From: a virus
Lineage: Duplodnaviria; Caudoviricetes
Reading direction: 5' to 3' (one strand)
Virus record (IMG/VR): IMGVR_UViG_3300031857_023573
Location: 64,001 to 128,000 of that record
Length of the DNA stretch: 64,000 bases
Part shown: positions 19,854 to 29,606 of the stretch, piece after piece
How positions within the stretch are numbered: the stretch's first letter is position 1
How the letters are laid out: the number at the start of each line of letters is the position of its first letter
Program-made: the position numbers and the translations under genes
The notes under the pieces: model-generated
What the model saw: only the letters and a program-made list of their open reading frames with translations
Told to the model about the DNA's origin: nothing
Databases searched by the model: none

Positions 19854-21725
19854 TCAAAAGTTTGGATTTTCTGACCGATATTTATCATATCTGTTAGTCA
19901 ATTCAATCAAAAACTTATTTCTTACAATATCTTCATTTTTGAATTCGAACATGAAGAGATCTTCCATTCCATCTGTCATTTTGATAAAATCAACATACCC
20001 AGAATCTCTCCTTTTTACATCATACTGTGATGTATCTCCCATCATAACTGCTTTTGAGTCTTTACCAAGACGTGTGGACCAAAGCATAAGTTGCTTGATA
20101 GATGCGTTTTGACATTCGTCGAGTAACATAATACAGTTATCATAGGTTGAACCTCTCATGTACGCAAGTGGTTCAAAAGTAATTTCTTCTATTGAAAAAA
20201 GCCAATCTATAGTTCCTCTATCTAAAATTTTACAGAAATTGGTATAATATGACTGCTTGTATGGATCAATCTTTTCATCTACTGTTCCCGGCAGAAGTCC
20301 AAGTTGCTCACCACTTTCTTGAATTGGTTTTGTTATTATGATTTTATCAATTTTTCTATCTGCAAGTAGTGAGAGTGCTGTGTAACACGTTGTAAAAGTG
20401 TTGTGAGTCACAATGTAATCATTTGTAAGATAAAGATGACTAGAGTGTTCGACTTTAATACACTTTGCTTCTTTTTTTCCGATGAATTTAGCACCAATGA
20501 TATATCTTGTAGGTCTGTATTTAGTTTTAGAAACTACTTTTTCAGATTTTCTTTTAAGTAGAAATGGATTAATATCTGGATTCATAGTTACAGTAATTGA
20601 GTATGAATTTTTTCCCATAATTTTTTCACCATCTTTATAATAGTATCCTTGAGTAGACTTTCTTTCAGTTGCAATTCCACCTAAAGATTGAACAAGTTCT
20701 TTGACATCATTAACTAATCTTTTTGATGTTGATGAAAAACTAACATATGTCCCATCATTAGAAACTGTGCCATCTGTGTCCATAATTCCTCTAAGTAGAG
20801 AAATTCTATTTTCCACAGTATTAAATTTATAAACATCTGGAATAAATTTATCACTAGACAAATTTCCCCATAGTTCAATTTTTTTAAGATATTGTTTTAT
20901 TTTGTTTGTACGAGAATCTTCTTTTTTGATAAGTGCATAGTCGTACTTTGTTCTTTTTGATACTTTAATATCACTATCTAAAAGACTCGTAATTGTATCA
21001 ATAATTTCACTATCTGCAGTTGTGAACCCAACGTGGTGTCTTAGGCAACCATCACCAATTAGACAACCCATAATATATGGGTGTATTTCTAATTCCTGTT
21101 CTATGAACTCAACTGGGTTCGTAATTGGTATTGTGTGGTTTATTCTACCTCTTTTTGTATAGAGTGTTTCTATTATTTCACTTGTTGTTTTTACAGTCCC
21201 TGGCTTTTGTTCTCTGTATCTAGTTCTTTGGCCATTTACTGTTTTTGTCCACTTTCTATTATTTCTATCATTTTCAGACTGTGTAACCCAAAGATGGTCG
21301 AGACAACATTCTACTGTCGTATTATCCGAAAACTTGAGTTCCCAAATATCTTTTTTACCTTGTGGAAAAACTCCAACAATATTGGTCTCTTTACCATCAA
21401 TTGATACTACTTTATCACCGATTTCAAGCTGACCCATAGTAGTCCATCCGGTCGGTGTTAAGACTGGTGAATCGAGAGGTTGTGCCTTACTAGTTCCAGC
21501 AGGGCCGTGAACCACAGTAAGGGTATTGTTTCTAATACCTTTATAAAGATCAGTTTGCTTGTCAGATAATCTTACACCAGTTGAATTTTGGAAAGACTCT
21601 TTGGTTAGAGAAGCTCTTTTTCTTTGAAGTTTATCAACTTCATATTCTCTTAAGCTTTCATCAATCTCTCTTTGAACTTGAGTTCGTTGACTTTGCTTTG
21701 TTTTAGAACGTTGTTGTCGAGCCAT
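19854..21725 (-). CDS. phoH: PhoH-like ATPase interrupted by an intein
   Basis: GPAGTSK/T P-loop, LPGTVDEK, PLAYMRG, LLDECQN, GDTSQYD motifs. Confidence 0.92.
   Translation of the reverse strand: MARQQRSKTKQSQRTQVQREIDESLREYEVDKLQRKRASLTKESFQNSTGVRLSDKQTDLYKGIRNNTLTVVHGPAGTSKAQPLDSPVLTPTGWTTMGQLEIGDKVVSIDGKETNIVGVFPQGKKDIWELKFSDNTTVECCLDHLWVTQSENDRNNRKWTKTVNGQRTRYREQKPGTVKTTSEIIETLYTKRGRINHTIPITNPVEFIEQELEIHPYIMGCLIGDGCLRHHVGFTTADSEIIDTITSLLDSDIKVSKRTKYDYALIKKEDSRTNKIKQYLKKIELWGNLSSDKFIPDVYKFNTVENRISLLRGIMDTDGTVSNDGTYVSFSSTSKRLVNDVKELVQSLGGIATERKSTQGYYYKDGEKIMGKNSYSITVTMNPDINPFLLKRKSEKVVSKTKYRPTRYIIGAKFIGKKEAKCIKVEHSSHLYLTNDYIVTHNTFTTCYTALSLLADRKIDKIIITKPIQESGEQLGLLPGTVDEKIDPYKQSYYTNFCKILDRGTIDWLFSIEEITFEPLAYMRGSTYDNCIMLLDECQNASIKQLMLWSTRLGKDSKAVMMGDTSQYDVKRRDSGYVDFIKMTDGMEDLFMFEFKNEDIVRNKFLIELTNRYDKYRSENPNF
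20400..21485 (-). mobile_element. Intein (362 aa) with LAGLIDADG homing endonuclease, class 3 signature
   Basis: Begins AQPLDSPVLTP after GTSK and ends IVTHN before T; DHLW (block B), KCIKV (block F); LIGDG and IMDTDG endonuclease motifs. Confidence 0.9.
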
Positions 21726-21775
21726 AGATTTTTATTTTTATATATTCAAATAACTATGACCTCGAAAAAAATAAA

Positions 21776-21798
21776 AAACCTCAAAAAAATTGAGGTTT
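21776..21798 (-). terminator. Intrinsic terminator
   Basis: aaacctcaa/ttgaggttt stem followed by a U-tract on the minus strand. Confidence 0.7.
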
Positions 21799-22747
21799 AT
21801 TGTTCATCTTCATACCATTCATCGTATTCTGGTTCAGGCTCTTCTTCTATTCTTTCAAGTCCACCATCGTTTTGAACTAGTATATAATCCCATCTAAATG
21901 ATCCGGAATTAGACAGGTATCCATTCACAGTATCAAAGTATTTAAAAGTATCGATATATGGGTAGTAATTAAACTGTTTGTTTTCTAATTTTATTTTAAG
22001 ATCAAGTTTTTTTGGTTCACCATCAACTACAAAAATACGTTCTGATTTAGCAGATTGTTCCCACTTATAAATATATCCGTTTTCTTTTGCCCAAGTTTTG
22101 AATGCTTCTACTTCATGATCATAGACTGAATAGATTCTATCCATGACTTTATAAGAATTTCCGTCTTTATCTACAGCAGATTCCCAGAGAAGAGCTCTTG
22201 TTATAAGTCTATCATTTTCATCTACGTGAATTAGCATCTTTACTTGCTGTGGATTATTTGAGTAGATACTCATGAATTTGTTTTTTTCTGGGTATCTCAT
22301 GCAAGAATGCCAGAGAGTACCGGGTGTCAAACCATTCGGGGTGGAGTAGTTGTCTTCTAAGTACCATTTTTTAATTTCTTGACCTTCTACTATTTTAAAC
22401 TCATTAATATTTGAGTTAAAATAGCTTTTATAGATATTGACATAGAATTCAATATCAGAGTCTTTTACATTAAAAAGATTAATAGCTTCTTTTCTCAAGA
22501 ACTTTTTAATAAATCTGCCGATTTTCATTTTAGTTCTATACTTTGACTCATTGGCGTCATTAATTGAAACTAATTTACTAGATGGAATAAATGAAATAAA
22601 ATCATCGTTTTCAACTTTGATAAAATCCCCTTCTTTTTTTACGAATCTTTCTGATTCAAAAGTTAGAATAGCACTTATTTTTGAGATTTGTAGAGTATCT
22701 CTTGTAAAGTTTCTAAACTTATCATCTAAATTGAATTGTAGCATCAT
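21797..22747 (-). CDS. Hypothetical phage protein
   Basis: 316 aa with SCMRY, RALLW and MDRIY blocks; acidic tail. Confidence 0.65.
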   Translation of the reverse strand: MMLQFNLDDKFRNFTRDTLQISKISAILTFESERFVKKEGDFIKVENDDFISFIPSSKLVSINDANESKYRTKMKIGRFIKKFLRKEAINLFNVKDSDIEFYVNIYKSYFNSNINEFKIVEGQEIKKWYLEDNYSTPNGLTPGTLWHSCMRYPEKNKFMSIYSNNPQQVKMLIHVDENDRLITRALLWESAVDKDGNSYKVMDRIYSVYDHEVEAFKTWAKENGYIYKWEQSAKSERIFVVDGEPKKLDLKIKLENKQFNYYPYIDTFKYFDTVNGYLSNSGSFRWDYILVQNDGGLERIEEEPEPEYDEWYEDEQ

Positions 22748-22760
22748 AATATATAGTTTT

Positions 22761-22985
22761 ATGAACTTTTTATTTGAGTTTAAAAATTATTATAATCCTG
22801 GTGATATCGTACTTATCGAATATTGGTACAACGGTATGATAACACCTGTAAAAATTTTAGAAAAAGTTTCTAAAAAGTCTTATTTAATCTCTCACAACAT
22901 TCCCCAGTCTAAAATACATTTGGCACCTGATGAAATTATTAAATCATCAGATATTATTGACACTTTTAATAAACAAGTGAATTAA
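22761..22985 (+). CDS. Small SH3/KOW-like hypothetical protein
   Basis: ATG 22761 directly after AATATATA; YNPGDIVLIEY; the longer 22551 start in the track overlaps the opposite gene. Confidence 0.55.
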   Translation: MNFLFEFKNYYNPGDIVLIEYWYNGMITPVKILEKVSKKSYLISHNIPQSKIHLAPDEIIKSSDIIDTFNKQVN

Positions 22986-24120
22986 CCATTACCTCGTAAG
23001 AGATTCTATCATCTGGATTATTCATGTCTAAATACTGATTTTTAATTACTTCAATTTCTTCTTTTGAAAGTGAAGTATTCAAAAACTTGTCTTTCACACT
23101 TTCGTATTTATAGTCAACATCAGTTGTAGTTTTAAAACTAGTTACTTCCATTTCTTTTAACTGGCCTTTTCCAGAGTCATAGTAAGTTCTTGCCTTTCTT
23201 TGCTTTGACATTCCTGAATTATGATAATAATCTTCATCATCATAGTATTGTCCGTAGTCATAATTATGATAGTTCTTATTTGACCAAGATTTAGGCTTTC
23301 TTGAGAATCCTCTTGAATTCCAAGATGTAGCGGTTCTTGAGTCATAAGAATCCCAGTCATATAGGGATTCTTTTTTATTTTTATCTCTTTTTGTTGGTAG
23401 ATTTTCCCAGTCAACATTCAAACAAGCAACTGCTAGCTTGTGTAGATGTAAAATATCTTGACTTTCATTGAAAGTATGTTCTGAGTTATATCCAACTGAG
23501 ATATTAGTACATTCTGAAATTTGAGATACGAATTCAGCTGAGTCTGTATAAACACCAGTTGAATCTGTTTTGTAGGAAAGACCACCTTTATTTAGTTCTT
23601 TTGCTAGAGCTTTTGCAAATTCATCTGAACAGCTTCTAGTTGAAGATTGGTGTGTAATAACTGAATTATTTCCTCTTCGGTCGAATGAAATAATACGGTC
23701 CCAGTTTTGTTCTATTGTTTTAGATCGAAGTGATGATCCGATACAACCAACTTCTTCACCAAAGAAGAAGTAGTAGAGTCCAGGTATTTGGTGTTTCATC
23801 ATCCAAAGCATGATTGTGACACCTGCTTTATCATCAGCTCCTAAGATTGATTTTCCGTCAGTTTTGATGATATTTCCTTGAAATTGATGTTTTACTTCAA
23901 CTTGGTCTTTACAAGCGGTATCAAGGTGGCTTGCAAAAATTGTTCTGCTTTCACCTATTTTGAAAAAATAATTGCCGTGAATATCTTTTTCTAAGTTTTT
24001 TGGGAAAACTCCTGCTTCGGTCATTTCCTCTACTAACTCGTCTTCATACCCATATGGATAGGTCTTTGACGTTAGTTTAATAAATGTGTTTTTAATAAAA
24101 TTGAAAGATTCTTTACTCAT
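22966..24120 (-). CDS. M28/M20-like zinc peptidase
   Basis: ASHLDT, GADDKAG, GEEVG, SFDRRG, EHT metal-ligand motifs. Confidence 0.8.
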   Translation of the reverse strand: MSKESFNFIKNTFIKLTSKTYPYGYEDELVEEMTEAGVFPKNLEKDIHGNYFFKIGESRTIFASHLDTACKDQVEVKHQFQGNIIKTDGKSILGADDKAGVTIMLWMMKHQIPGLYYFFFGEEVGCIGSSLRSKTIEQNWDRIISFDRRGNNSVITHQSSTRSCSDEFAKALAKELNKGGLSYKTDSTGVYTDSAEFVSQISECTNISVGYNSEHTFNESQDILHLHKLAVACLNVDWENLPTKRDKNKKESLYDWDSYDSRTATSWNSRGFSRKPKSWSNKNYHNYDYGQYYDDEDYYHNSGMSKQRKARTYYDSGKGQLKEMEVTSFKTTTDVDYKYESVKDKFLNTSLSKEEIEVIKNQYLDMNNPDDRISYEVMVNSLVY

Positions 24121-24311
24121 TAGAGCTAATATAAGATAAATATATCAAAAATCCAAATTTGTTGAAGTCTTTTTTGGTAAAGGTTTCTGAAAAATAGTGT
24201 CAAAATTACTCATAAAAAATCCGAATACCGAATTTAAACAAAAATATTTTTTGATATATAACAACATGATTCTTGGAACATGATTTCAAGAACCAAAAAA
24301 TAAATATCAAT

Positions 24312-24953
24312 ATGATAAAAACAATTAAAAGTTTGATGCTGGTATTGACAATGGTATTTGCCTTCAATTTTGCAAGTGCTCAAAATACCTGTTGTACTAA
24401 AAATGGTACTAACGTTCTACCAGAAGCAGGCGAATTCTCAATTGGAATAGATGCAGTTCCAGTTTTAAACTATTTCGGAAATTTCTTTAACAACTCTGGA
24501 AACACAGCAGCTGTTGGTTTCCAACAAGCTGGTGTTATCACTGGTTCTTATATGAAGACTGCAAATACTTCATATCGTGGAAAATTAGCTATCAACTATG
24601 CTACTTCAACTGTAGATTCTACTGATACCCAATCAGCTGGTGTTAATGTAGGAGCTGGTATTTTGAAGTATCGTGGCAAAACTCGTCTACAAGGTTACTA
24701 TGGTGCTGAAGTAGGACTTGGTTTTGGTAGCGGTAAAGTTACAGTAAGTGGTACTGAAACTGAAACACCTTCAACTCTTGGTGTTAATGCTCGTGCATTT
24801 GTTGGAGCTCAATATTTCTTTGCTCCAAAAATGTCAGTTGGAACAGAATACGGTTGGGGACCTGGTTTCTCTAAAGTGGGTGACAATAAATCATCTTTCA
24901 ACCTTGGTGTTGATAACATGGGTGGTTCTATCTACTTGAACCTTTTCTTCTAA
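24312..24953 (+). CDS. Outer-membrane beta-barrel protein with signal peptide
   Basis: MIKTIKSLMLVLTMVFAFNFASA signal; about 8 amphipathic strands; C-terminal IYLNLFF. Confidence 0.8.
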   Translation: MIKTIKSLMLVLTMVFAFNFASAQNTCCTKNGTNVLPEAGEFSIGIDAVPVLNYFGNFFNNSGNTAAVGFQQAGVITGSYMKTANTSYRGKLAINYATSTVDSTDTQSAGVNVGAGILKYRGKTRLQGYYGAEVGLGFGSGKVTVSGTETETPSTLGVNARAFVGAQYFFAPKMSVGTEYGWGPGFSKVGDNKSSFNLGVDNMGGSIYLNLFF

Positions 24954-24978
24954 TATTATACACATATAATAAATGCAT

Positions 24979-25010
24979 CAAAGAGGCTTCGAAAGAGGCC
25001 TCTTTTTTTT
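24979..25010 (+). terminator. Intrinsic terminator
   Basis: aaagaggc/gcctcttt stem plus T-tract. Confidence 0.85.
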
Positions 25011-25032
25011 TAAACTAACCCTTGAATTCCTA

Positions 25033-25138
25033 CTATATAACTTAGCTGTTCGTCAATCTTATGTCGAGTGTTCAGTGTGACACTTTTAAGAGTTTGAAAA
25101 GACTCAAAGATATAGGATAAAAAATAAAAAGAATAACT
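25033..25138 (+). promoter_or_regulatory. Structured 5' leader
   Basis: tctta-agtgt/acact-taaga hairpin; GAGUUU-GAAA-AGACUC GNRA hairpin; 11-nt complement to the 3' UTR. Confidence 0.5.
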
Positions 25139-26068
25139 ATGAAAGTTAAACAAACAAAAGGCACTAATTTGCCAAGTGCTTGGATCGTAAGTCCAAAAGA
25201 TAAAGGCAGAAAATCAATCAAGGGAGATAAAATCTATCTCGATGATAATCAAGAATTTGAAATCGAAATCTTCAACCCCTTAAAAGAATCAGTACTAGCT
25301 GATATTCGTTTAAACGGTAGTTCAATTGCTAAAACCGGTCTAGTTATCAAACCAGGCCAAAGAGTCTACTTAGATTGTTTTGTTGATGATAGAAAGAAAT
25401 TTATATTTCAAACCTATCAAATCGATGGAAGTCAAGAATCAATTGATGCAACCTCTGATAACGGTCTACTTGAAGTATTTTTCTACAAAGAACAAGCAGT
25501 CACACTTCAAAACTGGGCTGATAGATTTCATAAAGTTGTAATTCATGAATACTATCCAGTGTATCCTGTATACACAAGATGGTATCCTTACTCCGGAACT
25601 ATTTTGACTGGTGGTATAACTACTGACACAATTACTTCTGGAACAACTTTAACCAACACAAACGGTTCAAATGCTATTTTTAGTACAAATAGTGGAAATT
25701 TTACTGTTGGTAACAGTTATAATTCTGGAACTCTTACTTCTTGCAATACTGCTTATTACAATTCACCAGTAGCTGATCCTCTTGAAACCGGTAGAGTTGA
25801 AAAAGGTGAGAAATCTAATCAGCAATTTGTTGATGTTGATATGGAGTTTGAAAAGAACCACATACACCATCTTGTATATCAACTTCTACCAAGCTCAAGG
25901 AAACCAAAAGAAGTTAAAGATTTTTCAAAAAATTATGATAAAAAAACAAACAGAAATTCAGATGACACAATTGAGTTAATTAAAAAGCTCTCTGATTTAC
26001 ACTCAGCTGGCATCTTAACAGATGAAGAGTTTTCTAATAAAAAGTCTGAACTACTCAGTAAAATTTAA
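25139..26068 (+). CDS. Hypothetical protein with C-terminal SHOCT domain
   Basis: LIKKLSDLHSAGILTDEEFSNKKSELL; T/S/N-rich middle region. Confidence 0.75.
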   Translation: MKVKQTKGTNLPSAWIVSPKDKGRKSIKGDKIYLDDNQEFEIEIFNPLKESVLADIRLNGSSIAKTGLVIKPGQRVYLDCFVDDRKKFIFQTYQIDGSQESIDATSDNGLLEVFFYKEQAVTLQNWADRFHKVVIHEYYPVYPVYTRWYPYSGTILTGGITTDTITSGTTLTNTNGSNAIFSTNSGNFTVGNSYNSGTLTSCNTAYYNSPVADPLETGRVEKGEKSNQQFVDVDMEFEKNHIHHLVYQLLPSSRKPKEVKDFSKNYDKKTNRNSDDTIELIKKLSDLHSAGILTDEEFSNKKSELLSKI

Positions 26069-26094
26069 AGAACCAAACGAACAGCTATAAATCT

Positions 26095-26124
26095 AAAAAG
26101 AGAGTCATTTGACTCTCTTTTTTT
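26095..26124 (+). terminator. Intrinsic terminator (bidirectional geometry)
   Basis: aaaaagagagtc-attt-gactctcttttt. Confidence 0.85.
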
Positions 26125-26136
26125 ATATATACTCTT

Positions 26137-27510
26137 ATGAGACTTAAAAAGTATCTAGAATTTATCAAAGAATCTGTAAAAAACGATTCAATGTACTGGA
26201 TTAGTGAAGATGAAATTAAAGATATTTTCAAATTCATTACTGATGAAGGTTATCCACTCAGTATCACAAAAGTGCTTTTTGGCCATTCTGGATATTCTGA
26301 GCACGGTAACAATCACATTAGAAATTCAAAAGAATTAGTCTTGTTTGATATAAACCAAGATGATGTTGTACTAAGAGGTGAAGAGTATATGCCTGGATAT
26401 AGAATATCAATCATTATAAGTCAGTCTAAAGGTGACAATGTAACAGATGAATTTCGAAGTGCTATTTCTCAATTAAAAGGCGAAGGGTATGTAGTTGATA
26501 CAGTTGAAGATGAAGATGGTAAGACTAATTTGGAAAATATACACCTTTTAGATGGTTCTATTGTGACTTGGATACCAGAAACTCCTAACAAACCATTTAC
26601 TACCGATCCAGATGAGATGTCAGATGGTGATGTTTATATCAGTTCTTCTGAACTTGTCATTTTAGTTCATCAACCAGAAGAGGTTAAATTTACCGAGAAA
26701 ATGTTGGCTGAAATCTATGACTGGAAATGTGATAGAATAGAAGGCGACAAAATCTACTGTCATGTTGATATAGAAGATATGGCAAGATCTGTTCTTTCAA
26801 GAAGAGATTATGAAAGATGGGGTAAAATGCTAGAAGAAGGAATCGATATTGACAACTACTATGGAGAAGGCTACTATCCAGACATAAGTAGTGTTTTTCA
26901 ATATACACTAAACAAAGAAGCAACTACTCTATTAGTAAAAGTAATTATTAAAGAGTTAGGCGGCCTTGAATCAGCTCTCACTGAACTTGAAGGTGAAGAG
27001 ATCTATGAAAGTCTTTCTGGAAAGTCCGAAGACGAGGTTATTGATATTCTTTTAAAAGAAAGATTTAAAAGAAGTTTAGAAAAACTATCACAAGATTCTG
27101 AAATAATGTCAACAGTTAGAGAAACTATTGCAGATTGGGAAAGACAAGCACATTGTGACGCAAATTGGGATGAATTGATATCTGAATTTGATGAAATTGT
27201 ATCAGATGTCACTGAATATACTAAACTTGAAAAAGAAGTTGATAAGTACTACATGAAGAAAGACACTCGTGAAAAAGTTTGGTATAAATCAGTAGTGACT
27301 CATTATGAGATACCATTTCAAGATAAATGGATTGAAGAGTATGGAAAGTCACTTAGAGGATATTCACTTGATGCACTATTTCAAGAATGGTGTTCTGATG
27401 AATATTTAGATTACAAATTGGAACCAAGATTTAATGACTGGGGTGACGTTGATTCTGATGCCCTAAATAAAGAGATTATATCAATATTAAACTACAATTT
27501 AAAGTCCTAA
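26137..27510 (+). CDS. Acidic hypothetical protein, putative internal head protein
   Basis: N-terminus MRLKKYLEFIKES resembles the T4 capsid-targeting sequence. Confidence 0.6.
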   Translation: MRLKKYLEFIKESVKNDSMYWISEDEIKDIFKFITDEGYPLSITKVLFGHSGYSEHGNNHIRNSKELVLFDINQDDVVLRGEEYMPGYRISIIISQSKGDNVTDEFRSAISQLKGEGYVVDTVEDEDGKTNLENIHLLDGSIVTWIPETPNKPFTTDPDEMSDGDVYISSSELVILVHQPEEVKFTEKMLAEIYDWKCDRIEGDKIYCHVDIEDMARSVLSRRDYERWGKMLEEGIDIDNYYGEGYYPDISSVFQYTLNKEATTLLVKVIIKELGGLESALTELEGEEIYESLSGKSEDEVIDILLKERFKRSLEKLSQDSEIMSTVRETIADWERQAHCDANWDELISEFDEIVSDVTEYTKLEKEVDKYYMKKDTREKVWYKSVVTHYEIPFQDKWIEEYGKSLRGYSLDALFQEWCSDEYLDYKLEPRFNDWGDVDSDALNKEIISILNYNLKS

Positions 27511-27687
27511 AGTTGACTTAGCTGCAAGATATTGCTTTTCAGAAAGAACTTTAAACTCTTTACCATCTAACATTTCCTTTTTACAGTATTTAGAAGATAA
27601 CGCTTTCTTCAAAGAAGATATAAAGGTGTTTGTACCTTCATATTTTTTTATTAACTTATTTAGTTGGATTTTCTCTTCGATTGTCAT
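27499..27687 (-). CDS. Small hypothetical protein
   Basis: 62-aa ORF with TATATTTG 4 nt upstream. Confidence 0.65.
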   Translation of the reverse strand: MTIEEKIQLNKLIKKYEGTNTFISSLKKALSSKYCKKEMLDGKEFKVLSEKQYLAAKSTLGL

Positions 27688-27720
27688 GTCTCAAATATAC
27701 AAAATTTTTATATATAAATC

Positions 27721-28224
27721 ATGTTAAATTTTAACGATTTTATAGAAGAATCTTATCTTGAATCAAATTTTGCACCAATATATCATTTTACAAATAATTA
27801 CTACCTTCTTACAATTTTAAGAGAAAATGTTTTAAAAGTTGGTTGGTTTGATAATCCTTTCTTTGGTAAGAATGTTAAAATTGTTTCATTTACTCGAAAT
27901 AATAAACTGAATGTAGGTAATTATAAAACTGATTTAAATGTGATACTATGTGTTGATAAAAATAAAATGTTATTAGATGGGTATAAATTATATCCATATG
28001 ATTACTTCATTCAAAGTGGCAAAGAGATCCATACAAAATCTAATATTTTAAGATCTAAACCTTTTGAATTTGAAGAGGCTTCAAATGTTGATATTATCAA
28101 CATAGATAAGTATATTATATATGTTGATTTTCTAGAAGACTCTCTATTTGACTCATCAACATCTATCAACATTTTAAAGAAAAAAAATATACCAATTTAT
28201 GAAGCCGGTAGAAGATTATTTTGA
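27721..28224 (+). CDS. Putative ADP-ribosyltransferase-fold protein with capsid-targeting-like N-terminus
   Basis: YHFT ... VSFTR ... EFEE spacing; MLNFNDFIEES. Confidence 0.45.
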   Translation: MLNFNDFIEESYLESNFAPIYHFTNNYYLLTILRENVLKVGWFDNPFFGKNVKIVSFTRNNKLNVGNYKTDLNVILCVDKNKMLLDGYKLYPYDYFIQSGKEIHTKSNILRSKPFEFEEASNVDIINIDKYIIYVDFLEDSLFDSSTSINILKKKNIPIYEAGRRLF

Positions 28225-28402
28225 GTATTTAAAAATAGAATTATCAAAGTATGATTCTCCTTTTTTTAAAGTTGTTCTTGAAAAGATAGAAAATTGGAAA
28301 GATTATGAAAATCTAAGTGGAGTCAATAAAATGTTGTTTTTTCTACTAGATGTAGAAAATGTTAAGATAGCAACTTTTACAGAGTGGCAAAGAATAGATT
28401 AA
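28199..28402 (+). CDS. Hypothetical protein
   Basis: 67-aa ORF overlapping the previous stop region. Confidence 0.5.
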   Translation: MKPVEDYFEYLKIELSKYDSPFFKVVLEKIENWKDYENLSGVNKMLFFLLDVENVKIATFTEWQRID

Positions 28403-28965
28403 CTTATATTCAAATAATCTTTCATTTGTCCGATCATATACTGGGTAATTAGATCAGAAGCATTTATTGAATTTAAATACTTAACATCTACTTTCACTGA
28501 TTGAGATTTCTTCTCTGTTTCTGAACCATCTCCAGTTGGCATAATCTCGTGATAATCTCTTTCCATTAATTGAATAATACAAGGATGATATTTAGAAGAA
28601 TTACCCTTTGAAACATAAAGTGGTTTCATAAATTCTACCTTATAATCTGGACTTATTACAAGACCAGCCTCTTCTTCAATTTCTCTGAGTATTGCCCTTT
28701 CAGGTGATTCACCAGCTTCAATACCACCACTTAAAACTGTAACGTGATATTCTTGACCATCTCTATATTTGAAAGTAGGAATATACTCATGTCTAAGAAT
28801 TATTTGATTTGTTTCAGCCAAATAAGGTATACAAATAACAAAATCTGATTCTTTTATTATAGACCATCCTTCATAGTCTAAAAGTTTCATATAATCATTT
28901 TCAAAAAGAACTTTTTCTTTTTGTTCGTAGTCAGATTTGGGTTTGAGTTTTGAGAATTGTTGCAT
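28399..28965 (-). CDS. NUDIX hydrolase (ADP-ribose pyrophosphatase-like)
   Basis: Nudix box GGIEAGESPERAILREIEEEAGL. Confidence 0.88.
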   Translation of the reverse strand: MQQFSKLKPKSDYEQKEKVLFENDYMKLLDYEGWSIIKESDFVICIPYLAETNQIILRHEYIPTFKYRDGQEYHVTVLSGGIEAGESPERAILREIEEEAGLVISPDYKVEFMKPLYVSKGNSSKYHPCIIQLMERDYHEIMPTGDGSETEKKSQSVKVDVKYLNSINASDLITQYMIGQMKDYLNIS

Positions 28966-28975
28966 AAATTATATA

Positions 28976-29377
28976 TTATAAACCAGAGTTTATTTTTTCC
29001 CACTTTAAATCAGAATTTAACTTAAAAGTGCCTAGGTATTCCATTTTCCACTCGCTGGGTCCAATTAGTGAAATGAATTTCTTACCATCATTCAGATACA
29101 AATGATATATTTCTCCAACAACTGGTTCAAATCTTAAATCTGATTCATAGATAATTTTATTCCACTCAAATTCTTCAATAAGATTATCCCATTCACGTTT
29201 TAATTTTTCAAAACGGTCTTTAAACTCATGATTGACTTTAGATACTCCTCTATTTACAAATGAACTGGTATTCTCAGGTTTTATAGCAGCAGATCCAACA
29301 TGATGTGGATATGGTAAGAGTCCTGGATTAGTAGCGGCTTTATCTCTTAGTCGTTCTAATTCTTTATCAGTGAGCAT
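28976..29377 (-). CDS. DUF2452-like protein
   Basis: YPHHVGSAAIKP, FEPVVGEIYHLY, SLIGPSEW pattern recalled from this family; not searched. Confidence 0.55.
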   Translation of the reverse strand: MLTDKELERLRDKAATNPGLLPYPHHVGSAAIKPENTSSFVNRGVSKVNHEFKDRFEKLKREWDNLIEEFEWNKIIYESDLRFEPVVGEIYHLYLNDGKKFISLIGPSEWKMEYLGTFKLNSDLKWEKINSGL

Positions 29378-29549
29378 TTAGTTTTTCGTTTATTAATTCT
29401 TCAATATATGATTTTATTGATTTTTTATTCTTAATTTCTAACTTCAATCTATCGATCAATTCACGATTCAGCTGAACATTTATATTCTCTTTGTTGTATT
29501 TATCACCGTAATTTCGCTTTGACTTTTTAATATTTTCCTCGACACTCAT
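29367..29549 (-). CDS. Small ribbon-helix-helix-like DNA-binding protein
   Basis: INVQLNRELIDRL...SIKSYIEELI; divergent from the endonuclease. Confidence 0.5.
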   Translation of the reverse strand: MSVEENIKKSKRNYGDKYNKENINVQLNRELIDRLKLEIKNKKSIKSYIEELINEKLNAH

Positions 29550-29606
29550 ATAGGGAAGTTAATTTTATTTATATATATCTTATAAATAAAAAAACATTGA
29601 TGGTTT

